A DNA stretch of 64,000 bases from Octopus sinensis (taxonomy: Eukaryota), in NCBI RefSeq assembly GCF_006345805.1, contig NC_043006.1, positions 43,028,001 through 43,092,000 of the forward strand. Direction: 5' to 3'. Shown piece after piece: positions 37,626-50,669 of this stretch (position 1 is the stretch's first letter; the number at the start of each line of letters is the position of its first letter). The notes under the pieces are model-generated. The model did no database searches and was not told where the DNA came from. It saw only the letters and a program-made list of their open reading frames with translations. The translations under genes and the position numbers were made by a program.

Positions 37626-37628
<3 letters not shown>
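36940..37628. mobile_element. Fold-back Tc1/mariner derivative built from two transposase 3' ends
   Basis: CAGGGTCAGG...CCTGACCCTG ends with TA flanks; 271 bp arms; minus frame WPARSPDLNPCDFFLWGYLKSKVY. Confidence 0.9.
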
Positions 37629-37700
<72 letters not shown>

Positions 37701-38749
37701 ATGACAGGCTCTTTTTTGTTTTTGTCGATCACATCCTCACATGGCTTTGATTAGCAAAGATACTTTCTTGAGGTGCCATGCAGTAGGACTGAACCAAAAA
37801 TTATATGGAATATTCCCCCAGATGTAGGGAGAATATTCTATAACAGGTGTCATGCGAGCTTTGGAAAGAGTTAACACATATTAAGAGCAGAGGAGGAGGA
37901 GGAACATAAAATATCGATACATCAAAATGAAAGTATGCAATTTTCTCATTATGGAATATTTTCAAAAAGGTCATAATACTTTCACGATATGTAACTGGAT
38001 TAGCTGCATTTAATTATCAACATTTTAAGAGTTAATCATTAGTGTTACGTTATTGATCCCATAATAGGTGCATCTGCTACAGAATCCATAGGAAAAAAAT
38101 TAAATTCACAGGAATAAAAAAAAAATTGCAAGTAAAATGTCACAGAAAAAATATCTCAGGAAAATTTCAATAAATGAACTAATTAAATTTCTTTTTATGA
38201 TTTTATTGTTTTATTGACGATATTGATCCAAAATCTGATTCTTTTTGCAAGCATTTAATGCTATTATATATATATATATTGTGTGTGTTGTCATTGTGTA
38301 TAAGCCATGTATTGTCATTTAGCGAGTTTAAAAAATTATTTTTTTAATTAATTAAACTATTATTTATGGTATTTAAATGAAATGTGACATTTTTTCCGGT
38401 AATTGTTTCTAATCTTTTTTGTTTTGTTTCTTTCAAACTAAAATTGTGTCTTTTTTTTCCGTGTTCTGTAACTTATTTTATGGTAACTTAATTCCTCTGT
38501 GATTTTATTTCCATTCACCAACTAGCAATGTTGAGACATTCTGGGGAAGGAAGAAAAAGTCGTTAAAAGAATTGGTGAGAGTCAGAGCGTATTAATGCAA
38601 TCACACTAAGGTGAATGCCTGAAAAGAAATTGGTTTAATTTTTTTCCACAGCCATATTCTTAATAAATCATTATTCTTTTATTCTTTCATTTGTTTCAGT
38701 CATTTAACCGCAGCCATGCTGGAGTACCACAAAGATATTGAGTCTATAT

Positions 38750-39265
38750 TAAAGGTACATAGCTAAGTCGTTAATGTATTCAGCTCATGGTCATACAGTC
38801 ATGAGTTCAATTTCTGGTGGTTCTCTGTGTCCTTGAGCAAGACACTTTATTTCACATTGCTCCAGTCCACTCAGCTTGCAAAAGTGATTTCTACCTGTCA
38901 TTCAAACGACCAGCCTTGTCACATTCTGTGTCATGCTAAATCTCCATGAGAACTATGTGAAGGGTACACATGTCTGTAGAGTACTCAGCCACTTGCATAT
39001 CAGTTTCACAAGCTGGCTATTCTGTTGATCAGATCAACCGGAACCCTTGTCCTCAGTACTGACGGAGTGCCAGTTTTAGCGGCATTTCTCCGTCTTTACG
39101 TTCTGAGATCAAATTCCACTGAGGTCAACTTTGCCTTCATCCTTTCAGGGGCCAATAAAAAATACAGTTTTGGTGTCGATAAAATAAATACCAGTGGAGA
39201 CCGGAGATCGAAGTAATCGACTTATACCCTCCCACGAAATTGCTGTCCTTCTCCCAAAATTTGTT
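38750..39265 (+). mobile_element. Family D SINE followed by family B SINE
   Basis: GTGTCCTTGAGCAAGACAC...CCACTCAGC...GTTGATCAGATCAACCGGAACCC, then family-B core. Confidence 0.75.
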
Positions 39266-39455
39266 ACTAATAATTTTTCCATCTCATTTAGCAAAGTTTA
39301 TTAATGTTTAAGACCAACATTAGCAAACCTAAGTGGTCATGATGTTAGTATATTTACAAAGTAAACTAAAAGGAAATATTTTTTTAAATTTCCATATAGA
39401 TATAGATTTAAAGTAAATAAAACTGTTTTATATTATTATTATTTTTATTATTATT

Positions 39456-39544
<89 letters not shown>

Positions 39545-39859
39545 TAAAGGCAACAAATCACTCTTCAAATTTTTCATCGTAAATCTCTTCGGACGAAATT
39601 ATAAACAACCAGAGAAGTTTAATTAGACAAATTTATTATTTTAAAAAATTAACAACCTTCATCTTTCCTCGTAAATCTCACCGGACGAATTATGAACAAC
39701 AAATTTGTCATCTTAACAACTTTCATCGTAAATCTATTTTGCTAATTATAAACAACGAATCTAGTCCAATTAGAGAAATTTATTATCTTAGCAACAAGTC
39801 GACTTTCATCGTTAATCGCGCTAGTTTCTTTTCCTCTCGAAAAATATCCTTTAATCTGA

Positions 39860-40450
39860 TGGATATCAACAACGAGGGTGTAGCAGATACGAAACTGAAT
39901 CGCTAAATTGCCGAGTATAAGTCACGGTTTAGTCATAACCATTTCACGTGATCGGTCGATTAACTGACCAATGAGCATTAATCCATCACGTGATTCTACC
40001 TTCTAGGATGTTCTAAAACGTCTCCTAACGAGGCTAATAAATAGACGAGTTTTGGTGATAAATTTCAGAATGTTGGCAATCGGAAACCACATTCTCATTT
40101 TGCAGTATTTAATAGTTGCTTTAACGACTTCTTATTCAACCGAGCAGACAGCAGCTACAGTTTTGCAGTCATAGATTTAGCATGATTTTTCTCCAGTCAT
40201 GACAGATTTACTAACCAACTATTTTGTTACAACTACAGAATTGTCTTTTCCATTGTGTATACTTTGTTGTTTGCTTTATTAATTCATACCAACCTGGATA
40301 ATTTTCATCTAAAGTTTCTGTCAACTGTTCATGAGTATTGTGCATCATTTATTCGCAGCCAGAACCCAGCTCGAGCACCAGTACCTCTATATCCGCCATT
40401 CGGTGACCTTACGCCACAATTGATGACTCTTCGTAAAATTGGTGACCCCT
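39860..40450 (+). mobile_element. LTR-like repeat followed by PBS-like TGGTGACCCC
   Basis: Aligns to the reverse complement of 52690-52990; TTCTAG...TAAATAG promoter-like motif; TGGTGACCCC at ~40440. Confidence 0.45.
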
Positions 40451-40639
40451 CGAGACAAGGGCATTATTATAGGAGAAATCATAACAAAATAGTCAAGATG
40501 AAAAGAAATTGGCAAATCGAAGAATTCCGTTTGTTTCTCAGCGTTGGAATATGCTAAAGTACTCCACCTCACTACCTTAATGCAAGAGAGCTATAGCTTC
40601 TGCAGAGCAACGGTATAGATAGCAAAAAAAAATAACAAA

Positions 40640-42975
40640 TCTATTTGTTCTTATGTTCGTGTGAAGCCATATATGAGTCCACTGGATAACTTGATGCAGC
40701 AAGAAGAGACAAGACAAGTACTGATAAAAACACCGGCCACAGAGTTTTCCCAGGATCTACAAAGAACAATAATGGAGAAACTAAAGTCGTGCCTAAGGAT
40801 GATGCCAAGAAAGCCCACATAATCCTGGCCTCAACACCACCTCTCAAAGTAACGGTGGAGGAAAAAGAATTGGTCAAAGTGAAGTTCCAACAGTCACAAA
40901 GGACAAACCAGAGAATGCAAGACAAGAGACACAGGATGGACATGAAGCCTAAAATCAAATCAAATAAAGTGCCAGGGCCAAAAACAATGACAACAGAAAA
41001 ACAAAGAGTAGGACCCAATCACCTGTATGTTCCACGTAAAAGGTATCTGCTGGCATGGAGAAATGAGGTCACTAGCGTAGCTGGGAGGGGGCGTTGCGTC
41101 CTGGGCGGCACTTTCAAAGGTGCATCACTTTTTGGTCTGCTGTAAGCAATATGTGTTTTTTGTGGGGTCCAGGGGCGGTAAACGGAAGGGCCGCCCATAG
41201 CGGCACATACTGTACCTACGCTAGTGAATGGGGCCACACAGCTGATTTGTTCATCCTAAACCTGATTGGTGCAGAAGGTGATAGTAAGGATGTTCTCAGA
41301 CCATACCATAGTAAAGCTAACAATGTATCCAAAGCATACCGCAGGTGTACACCGCACAGAAAGCACTCAAACCCTATCTAGCATGAACTTTTACAAAGCC
41401 AACTGGAAATCGCTTCAAAAAGAAATTCCGGAATAAAATTGGCACCAAAGTTTTTCTATGTAAGACAATGACTTGAAACTTAATGAATTTATGTCGACAA
41501 TGCAAGTCGTATGCATTAAACTTCTTAAAGAAAGAAGACCAAATGCACACAAAATATTAACATTAGAGAAAGGCGAGTCCTTATGAGACGAAGAATAAAG
41601 ATTTCAAATAATCTAAATAAACAACTTAACGGCAGCGAGGAGTTCCTCTCTAATAAAACACTTTCAGAAATCATAAATAAATTCAGATTCTCTCACGATA
41701 ATGAGAAAGAAGAAAGAGAAACCACCAAAAAAGAAAAAAAAAACGAACACACAGACATTCTGCAAATTTGCAAAAGAATCCGCTTCGGGGCATAACAAGA
41801 TTAGGTCACGAGTTGAAAAGAAAAGCCCACTGACTTCTAACCCCCAAAGTATAAGTGAAACACCAAATAAACAATTCCAAAGTGTTTTCACTTCCCTGTG
41901 GGGAAATATGCCAATAAATAAGCCTGGTGATTTCCTCAACACAGTAACTCTGCACAAGATGTGGCAACTGTCGATTATATCGACATAAAAAGGAATATAA
42001 TATTGGTTATAAATTTTGGCACAAGTTCAGCAATTTCAGAAGAGCGGTTAAGTCGATTACAAAGACCCCTGTGTTCAAATGGTACTTATTCTATCGACCC
42101 CCAAAAGGATGAAAGGCAAAGTCGACCACGGCGGTGTTTGAACTCAGAATGTAAAGACGGATGAAATGCCGCTAAGGATTTTGCCCGGCGTACTAATGAT
42201 TCTGCCAGCTCGCCGCACTAAGGTGGATGTAATATTGGCCATTGATGATATGAGCTTGAATTCAGCAACAGACCCTGATCGTTTTCCAGAGATTCCTTTA
42301 AAGACACGCAAGAAAGTTCTGGTACAACCACCGAAGACACTTTCCCTGGGGTGCCTTGTATACGGTTGACTTTCTCAAGAATTAAAAGAGAGTATCTGTA
42401 CCATCTCCATAACTGAGGCAGCAGAGCAGATGCTAAAATTTACACAATTACCTTTCTGACATCACACGTTAGCAAAGTCATAGAAAGCATTGTCAGAAGG
42501 AACTTGATGTTGTTCTCAGAAGAAAATGGCTTGCTCACTGACACACAGTAAAACTAGGAAGGAGCTACTCAACACAGCTACTAAAGACTTATGACTGGGT
42601 ACTAAATCAACAGCACAGTCATTTAAGTGTGGGTGTAATACATCTCGGCTTTGTAAAGGTCTTCAATAAAGTTGATCACGGAATATGTCACAAACTGTGT
42701 GACTTCAGAATAGTTAGAAAATTAGGGGAGTGACTGCATGATGTTTTAAAATGTAGGCGTCAGGTAGTTGCCGTCAACAGTGTTCTCTCTGAGGAGGCAT
42801 CAGTTTGATGCGGAGTCCCTTGGTAAAATCATTACTATTTGTGGCGGATCTCTCAGAAAATACCCTTTATCATACGGACAGACACTCTCGCGACATAATG
42901 TAGCATAGGTAGTCAATTACCTCGATGATAAGGTAAGACTATAGAAAGATCTGAATGCAATTTTCCAGTTTCTTA
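40640..42975 (+). pseudogene. Heavily decayed CR1-type LINE (ORF1 CCCH finger and ORF2 RT remnants)
   Basis: CMFHVKGICWHG...FVHP; NFYKANWKSL; LTSHVSKVIESIVR; KVFNKVDHG; RRQVVAVN; many stops and frameshifts. Confidence 0.7.
41070..41226. mobile_element. 157 bp hAT-type MITE
   Basis: Perfect 11 bp TIR CACTAGCGTAG; 8 bp TSD AATGAGGT/AATGGGGC. Confidence 0.8.
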
Positions 42976-42989
42976 CTTTGGTAACACTC

Positions 42990-43390
42990 GAAAATGATCA
43001 AAAGGTTAAGAACTATCGATGGTGAATGGAGTTAGCAGACTATAAATTCGTTATAGAATATCGAGTAGGTTCAAGGAATGAAGCAGTGGATACGCTAGCA
43101 TAAAATATATTTTTCTTCTTGAAGTCATCTATAGTCAGTTCTGTTTTATAGGATGCACTGGGATCTTCCACTATAGTAAAATTCGTAACCTGCTATTTTC
43201 CCTTCATAGAGATTTGCTAAATAACTGAGGGCTGCCGAAGAACTCAAACTTCAAACTTCTCCGACTTAAGACATACTAATCTATGGAACTAGACCATGGG
43301 GAATGCTATCCATGGACATGGTTGGACCATTGCCATCATGGGTACATGAAAATCGATATTTTTTCATATTGATTGAAAATATACTTTTAA
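42990..43390 (+). pseudogene. Gypsy pol remnant (RNase H end, integrase start)
   Basis: MELADYKFVIEYRVGSRNEAVDTL; RPWGMLSMDMVGPLPS. Confidence 0.65.
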
Positions 43391-43959
43391 GTCTACTGCT
43401 TGTTTGTTTATACAACAGCTGATCTAGTTGATTGAAATATGTTCATGTAGGCATTAATGCCCTTTACGGTGAAATACCTTCGAACTCCCATGTCCTGATA
43501 GACAGTTGATTATGTTATCAGTGACCATCACTCTTTTCTGTTTGCTTCACCAATTTACATTTATTCTAATGGAGGCATGCACGTCGTAAATGAAAGAAAA
43601 ATCAACAAATTTCTCCTAAATCACGTCATAAAATCTTGTGCCACATAGCATCCCCTCCAAGGAAACGCTCGGTGTAAATAATCAAATGGAATCCTTTTGA
43701 AGTTTAAATAGGTTTGGTCATTAAATCATAGTTGGTAATACGCAACATTAGGGAGGCTCTGTGAGAAAGCGAGAATGACTACATTAATATTTACAAATTT
43801 TTATTGCCCAGGACATTTGCATTTACATATGTCCAACAATTATTTGAATAAAACAACATACATGCAATAGCAAACATGATAGTTACTATAAAATATTTTA
43901 GTAATTTATATGAAAATCGTTCAAAATTATTAAGGACGGGATAAACAGAAAGAATGGGA

Positions 43960-44290
43960 ACACCTTATCCTAAAACTGAGTGACAGAGCTCAATGTTGCA
44001 CTTGAAGTTGTTCTGTCTGGAAGTTCAATATCCCAGCTTTTTATAGCATTTAGTCAAACTTCTAGAACTTTCGGCAAAACAATCTGGAGAGAAAGGTCAA
44101 GAAATTTATCTTCAAGTCTACGGCATGTTTAGATACATACCAGCCGATCTGATTATTTGAACCACATTTATGTTGGATTTAATACTGTCTATAGCGACAC
44201 ACTTAATTTATCGTACACGGTATTGCTTTTTATGTTAATATAGTTAAGCCGTGGTCCTAAACTTGGGGAGCTGAACGAAACGGTTTAAAT
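43960..44290 (-). repeat. LTR-like repeat; second copy at 53240-53530 (+)
   Basis: TTCTAGAAG...TATAAAAAG(C/T)...ATATT(G/A)AACT...GCAACAT...CACTCAG shared. Confidence 0.55.
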
Positions 44291-44869
44291 TTCGGCAGAA
44301 GCCTTGCTATGAAGCCAATAAAACTTGCACTTTGACAGCTTGCTCTGGATAAATCTCTATAGTTTGGTCTGTCATCTAGCTCAGTGATTATTAACCTGAA
44401 CAGCAGCACCTCCTTGATGGAGTTGTGAGCTCACAAGAGGGCTATAAATATGATGGAGACGCCATAGAACTGCTGGGCATTTAGAAGGATCATAATGTTT
44501 AAAATATTTAAATCCGGTATATTGCTTAGTTTTTAAACACTTATAACTCCTTTCAAATAAAAGTGTTTCTAGAAAAATGACGTTGAATCCAGAAAATGTT
44601 TTTGTTTGTTTCTTCTGTTTTTGTTTGTTTCTTTTGTTTTTGTTCTACACTTTCTCAGAACGACTTATTTTGGACTGATTAATTCTTACAGTCAATTTTT
44701 GCCAAAAATACCGTGGTGTGACCAAATGACTTGCAACTATGAGCAAGAAAAAATGTTGAATTCGTTTGGTTTTTATATTCTCAGGAAAAGGCTTCCGGTA
44801 ATTTAAAGAGTATTCGTCTTTAGAATTTTGCTGTGAATCTAACAAGACGTCACATTAATAACTGATTTT

Positions 44870-46170
44870 GGTGAGCTCCCAATACCAGGAATTTTATCGC
44901 AGGAAACCATTTAGTGCTTTATTCATCAAGGTGGTTAACCGCTACTAAATCGAATTATTTAAAAATTGATAAGGAAGCCTTAGAAATTATGAAACCCATT
45001 AACTTTTACATGGTAGGAATTTCCTGATAAGGTCTAATCACAGAACCTTTTGATTGCTTGCTTAATTCATGCAAAGAACTTTTCAAAAGTGACGTCTTCG
45101 AGAATACAGAGAAGGGACAAACAGCTGGCATTTGATTTTGGTATTGCATACATTCTGTCTTTTACTTGTTTCAATCATTCCACTGCGGCCATGCTGGGGC
45201 ACCGCCATGAAGAATTTTCAGTTGAATGAATCGACCCCACTACTAATTTTTTAAAGCCCGGTACTTATTTCCCCGATCTCTTTTGCCGAACTGTTAAGTG
45301 ACCGAATGTAAACTCACCAACACCGGTTGTCAAGTGGTGATGGGGGGACAAATACACGTGCGCACAAATACGACATGTTTCTTATTTCTTTACTACCCAC
45401 AAGGGGCTACAAACAGAGGAGACAGACAGACGGATTAAGTCGATTATATCGACCCCAGTGCGTAACTGGTACTTATTTAACCGACCCCGAAAGGATGAAA
45501 GGCAAAGTCGACCTCGGCGGAATTCGAACTCAGAACGTAAAGACAGACAAAATACCGCTAAGCATTTCGCCCGGCATGCTAACGTTTCTGCCAGCTCGCC
45601 ACCTTGACATGTTTCCATAAATACGACATGTTTCCACAAATACATGTTTCTTTCGGTTTCCGTCTACAAAATCCACTCCCAAGACTTTGGTCGGCTCGAA
45701 GCTATAGTAAAAAATACTGGCTCAAAGTGTCGCGCAGTGGATCTGATTGAACCCGGAACTTCATCCTCGTGTTAACGTGCTCTCTCAATTAAATTCTAAG
45801 CCAAGATACTCGTTTGAAGAATGTTGATAGTAATTTTATGCGCACACTGAGTAGGAACTGATGTGTTATGTCTTCAAAGCAAACATTTGGAAACAATGCA
45901 TGGTATGATATTAAGCAAAATCATCTCCAGAACTAAAATGAATATCCGGAGAAATTGCTGCTTAATGTATGCTTGATCTTATGAGCAGGTCGAACAAGAA
46001 TTAACTCAGGAAAACGGTATTATTAGAAATTGACCTCGTAGTTACGCCTGAAGTATCCAAGATGCCAATAATTAAAAGTTCATCATGATGTACACGGTGG
46101 CTTTACAAGCTACACGCAATCGTCGAAAGCCTGATGGCCTGGCTGTTCGCAGGATGTTGGGAACTGTGTA
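44870..46170 (+). pseudogene. Second Gypsy pol remnant, interrupted by SINEs (45160-45760)
   Basis: SRWLTATKSNYLKIDKEAL...LHGRNF...SSRIQR; later HHDVHGG zinc-binding region. Confidence 0.55.
45160..45760 (-). mobile_element. Family A SINE containing a family B SINE (~45382-45605)
   Basis: AAATACGACATGTTTC repeated around the inner SINE. Confidence 0.8.
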
Positions 46171-46471
46171 AAGTATTTAAACCCTAACGGTTCAAGGGGA
46201 TGCGAAAATATTTAGCGGGTGTGCTAGAGTAAATGCAAAACAAACGAAATTGTCCTTATGAATAAATTCCTTCCGGTGCGCGCGCGTGTGTGTAGGTAAT
46301 AACGAACGAGAGAAAAAGTACAATTCATGTGCCATGACTTCTGAAATTTTTTGTACGAAAGCTTTTTCAGGCAACAGCTTAGCAGAACAATGGCTGCCGC
46401 ATGTCGACATTTTATATTTTTAATTTTGCGCATGCGCATTGTTTGTTTGTGATTTTGTCGACTACACATTA

Positions 46472-47256
46472 TAGCACGGTCAGTGGGGCACTGTCTGTGA
46501 GAAGAACAGCACTATGGCGCAATTCACTCTGCTAAAAATTTGGAAATAACATGTTGTACTACTTGACATTCATGACGGAAGCTCCAATACAAACATTTCG
46601 GGGTGTTTAGGTGTCAATCTGAGGACATGTACCGAGAGTGATAAAAATCAAACATCCAGTCAATATCATGGTGTTTGGAATGATCACTAGTGATGGCGAA
46701 GTTATGCTTCCATTTATCTTCCCACATGGCTTCACACTCAACACGAAGCCTACATGAAGTGCCTGGATGAGGTAGTGCTGCCCTGGATCAAGAGGGTGGC
46801 TGCTGGAAGACCCTATGTCTGGCAGCAAGACTGCACCATGCCACACAAGCAGGAGAACCAAGTCATGGCTACCAGATAATTTTTGCGACCACATCACCCC
46901 CTAACACCTGGCCACCTAACTCCCCAGACTGTAACCCCCTTGATTATTATGTGTGGAGCACAGTTGAGTGAGAGGCCAATAAAACTCTTTGTAACACCAA
47001 AGATGAACTGAAGGCAAAGAATATGGCTGCAATTACCAACTTAAAAAAGGAGATGGTCCAGAAGCGTTGCAGGGGATTCCGAAGTCGTCTGGAGGTCGTG
47101 GCTGAAGCCAATGGTGATTTTATTGAATAAATTTACTCTTTAGTATTTCAAGATATTTTTATTTTTATGTAATTTTGGTAAACATATCTGTTACAATGAG
47201 ATGTCAGTGATATTTTCATTTTTGCGTAATTTAGACAGTTTAATCACCGCATTCTA
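46472..47256 (+). mobile_element. maT-type deletion derivative with both ends
   Basis: IKIKHPVNIMVFGMITSDGEVM...WPPNSPDCNPLDYYVWS...EANGDFIE*; imperfect TIRs ending in ACTGTCT. Confidence 0.8.
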
Positions 47257-47289
47257 TATATATATATATATATATAATATATATATATA

Positions 47290-47570
47290 TATATAACGGG
47301 AAGCTTTATGAAAATAAACAAAAGACGAAGGCAGGTGGAAAACAAACGAACAATTGTATTAGTATGGCGCTCAGGAAATATAAATAAAACAAGTCTTAAC
47401 GTTTCGAGCCTACGCTCTTCAACAGAAAGATACACAGAGAGAGAAAAACACAGAAAGAAGGAGAGAAAAAAAATGCGTGCGGTAGCTAACGAATCAACAT
47501 GGCGATCTGATTTCGGCCAGAGGTCAAAGATCAAACATGAGACGCGAGAGCGAAATAAGGGGAGATAATA
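47290..47570 (-). repeat. PLE-like repeat with variant hammerhead motif (47393-47432)
   Basis: TCTTT-CTGTTGA-A-GAGC GTAG GCTC-GAAACGTT-AAGA; same family as 55455-55625. Confidence 0.6.
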
Positions 47571-47614
47571 GGGTTGATAAATGGGTTGAGGGACCAGCTA
47601 AAGTGCGTGGGAGG

Positions 47615-47910
47615 GGTCTGGATGTGTGTATGTATAGGGTTGGTGTATGTATAGTATGTATAAGGGTGTGTGTGTGTGTGTATGAGAGAGTATTAGTGCG
47701 TAAGATTGGTCTGGACGTGCGTATGTATGGGGTTGGTGTATGTATTAGTATGTATTAGTATGTATTAGTACGTATTGGTATGTATAGGTGTGTGTGTGTG
47801 TGAGAGAGAGTATAAGTGCGTATGCGGGGTCTGGACGTGTGTATGTATAGGGTTGGTGTAAGTATTAGTATGTACTAGTATGTATTAGTACGTATTAGTA
47901 TGTATTAGTT
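47615..47910. repeat. Three ~95-120 bp tandem units with nested 10 bp TATTAGTATG repeats
   Basis: GGTCTGGA(T/C)GTG starts at ~47615, ~47709 and ~47828. Confidence 0.85.
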
Positions 47911-47957
47911 GGTATATATATATATATATATATATATCTATCTATATATATATATAT

Positions 47958-47999
<42 letters not shown>

Positions 48000-48216
48000 G
48001 TAGTATGTATGTATATGTGTGTGTGTATGTATGTATGTATGTATGTATGTATTATTCAAAGGAATTCCAACTCTGTTTTTATGTTTTATTTATATTCTTT
48101 ATAATATTAATGTAGAATATAGAATATATAGTATAAATAGTATATATATAGTAAAATGAAATGTATTGATTATCTTATTGAATAAATGAAATATTGAATA
48201 TCAAATATTAAGGGAC

Positions 48217-48261
<45 letters not shown>

Positions 48262-49588
48262 TTATATGTCTATATGTAACAAGCGTTCGTAAAGACAAGA
48301 AGGTTTACTGTTAATTGAATCGGAATATCTTTTAACTTGCAACAGTTATTAGGATTATTTTAATAAACTCCATATACATCCATCATGTAAAGGGGCCGGG
48401 GTTTGAACATGTAGCTTAATCTCATCCACATCAATACTGATGGCACTGTCATCACCTGAGAACACTGTTTCACTCTTTGTTATAATGGAGTTTGTGATGA
48501 GGTGTGTGCGTGTGTGTGTATCTGTCTGTGTGTTTGTGTGTCTGTTTGCGCGCGTGCGTGCATACGTTATCAAAATTTGAAACGTCTTTTGGATCACCGT
48601 AGATTGAATAGTAATATCGTAAAATTTCCAATTTTAATAGATTTCAATAGAAATGTTCTTTTTATTCTCTTTTCAACGACTTCATTATCAACATTTCTCA
48701 TTCACTGAGGTCGGATTTCCGTATCTTTGTTTCTGTCAGCCACCATTAATTTGCTTCAACAGAATCGCTTTCTGCGTCTCTCATTCACCCCATGAGGTAA
48801 ATAACTTTGAAAGAACTCATTTGGCCAATTTCTTCCTGAACTTGGTTGTTATTTCTAGTAGGTCGAGCGACTACGTAAAAGTTTTGATTATTTCGAAATT
48901 AATATTTCCACACGCAACGTCATTATTAGTAATCTCGGAAAATTTTTGTTGGAAAAATTACGGCTAAAAATATGCTGTACTGGACTGAAGTATTTCTTAG
49001 ATATTTTATTTAGCATTTAGTCTTTGAAAGAATGATACGGATTGATTGATTGGTTGATTATACATACATCTCTGTTATGACTCATCAAAATTATTTGTCC
49101 TCATTTTATTTTTACCCGTTCATGTTCTTCTCTTATTCTTCACTCACTATGATGTATTGGCTATCGACAATTTTCTCCACTGTTCTCGACTCTGAGCTGC
49201 TCTCTCCTCCAAGTTTTCTTCGTTTCAATTTGTCATTGATGCTTCTGCATCATTTATTTAATTCTCGGTAGAGTTGTTGGCTTTAAACAAATATTAGTCT
49301 AGCTTCCATCCTTTGACCTCTTCAGCATAGGATGCCCTACCAGAGGATTCTGTGCCACTGATATAGCTCTGGCAGTCATTGAAACATAGAAACTATCGCA
49401 CTGTAATTGAAACCATTGCACTGTCATTGAAACCTAAAAACCATCGCACTGTAAAAAGAACTGAACCTTAAGATGTCCCGTTTATATTGCAGAAGCCAAA
49501 TATTAAAGACACAACAAAGAATTAGCAGCTTCTTCAGATCTGTTTCCTAAAGAGAGTGACGCAAGTATCCGACTCTTCCAACACTATA

Positions 49589-50020
49589 CAGGGTGTCTGC
49601 AAATTAAAAAAAAATTAACTTAGTTCTATGTTTATTAACTATTTGATTATAATATCAAAATGATATATTTATAAATCTTATGTTAAAATTTTATTGCAAT
49701 TTTTCAACATGTGCTCCGTCTGCATCCCTAAAAATTTCAAATCTATTCTAAGCGTTGCGAAACACAGTTTGAAGCATTTCAAGAGTTATCTCCCGCACTG
49801 TTAACTGAACGCTTTCTGTTCAGCTAAACTATTGCTCTCTCCTGAAGATGGAGGTAGAGAAAATGAATGCAGCCATATTGAAAAAAATTATAAAATCATT
49901 ACAAAATAAAAATTTATACACTTTTAACACATACTAAACATGATAATGATAATAAAAGTGAGTTTTTAAACAAAATTTTCCGATTTCAGTGAATTGGATA
50001 GTTAATTCTGAAACACCCTC
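49589..50020 (-). mobile_element. Internally deleted Tc1/mariner remnant
   Basis: TIR-like CAGGGTGTCTGCAAATT / GAGGGTGTTTCAGAATT; minus frame ITLEMLQTVFRNA...RDADGAHVE. Confidence 0.6.
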
Positions 50021-50669
50021 TTCTTGTTGTTGTTAAGCAATAAGACGGGTAAGGGTGATTAGGTGATGGTCTAGGGCTTAGGGGCAGGAGACCACAGACC
50101 TTCGAAAAAAAAAAACTTTGGTCGTCTTGTTGTAGTCGAGGGCTTTTCGTTGACGCCCGACACCACTGGCAGGTGGCACTCGAAGTCGCTGGAAATGGAG
50201 ATCTCCAGGTCCAAATTGTTGGATGGCGGAACACCTTCTATTAGTGTCTGGTGATGTTGTTCAGCCAGGCACAAGTTACAAGTTCGCAATAGCTGCCCTT
50301 GACTCCGGGGGAATCATATCTGTCGGAATGGTTTCAGTCACCAAATAATTTCACTAAAAAACACTATAGAACAGACGTGGCACCATTATATATATATTTT
50401 GTATGCGCTAATCAAATTTAATAAGGCAAGTTGAACAGTGAGATAAAGAAAGATCGTGCTTTCATTAAAAAAGTTGGCGAGGAGGAGAAATCTAGAATTT
50501 CTTAAAATTCCTGACTATTTGAAATGTCATAAACCTCATTTGAAACCAATATTCCCAATTACGATGATACTTTTAAAATTATTCAGTATTTGTTCTCGTG
50601 AAAGAGCATGCTTCTTGCACATTTTATGGCATGCGTACGATCGTTTAGTCAACAAGACTACTCTCTGCT

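Noticed and set aside
50230-50300. Penelope C-terminal motif CNLCLAE
   Set aside because: Only seven residues match and the flanks do not; left uncalled.
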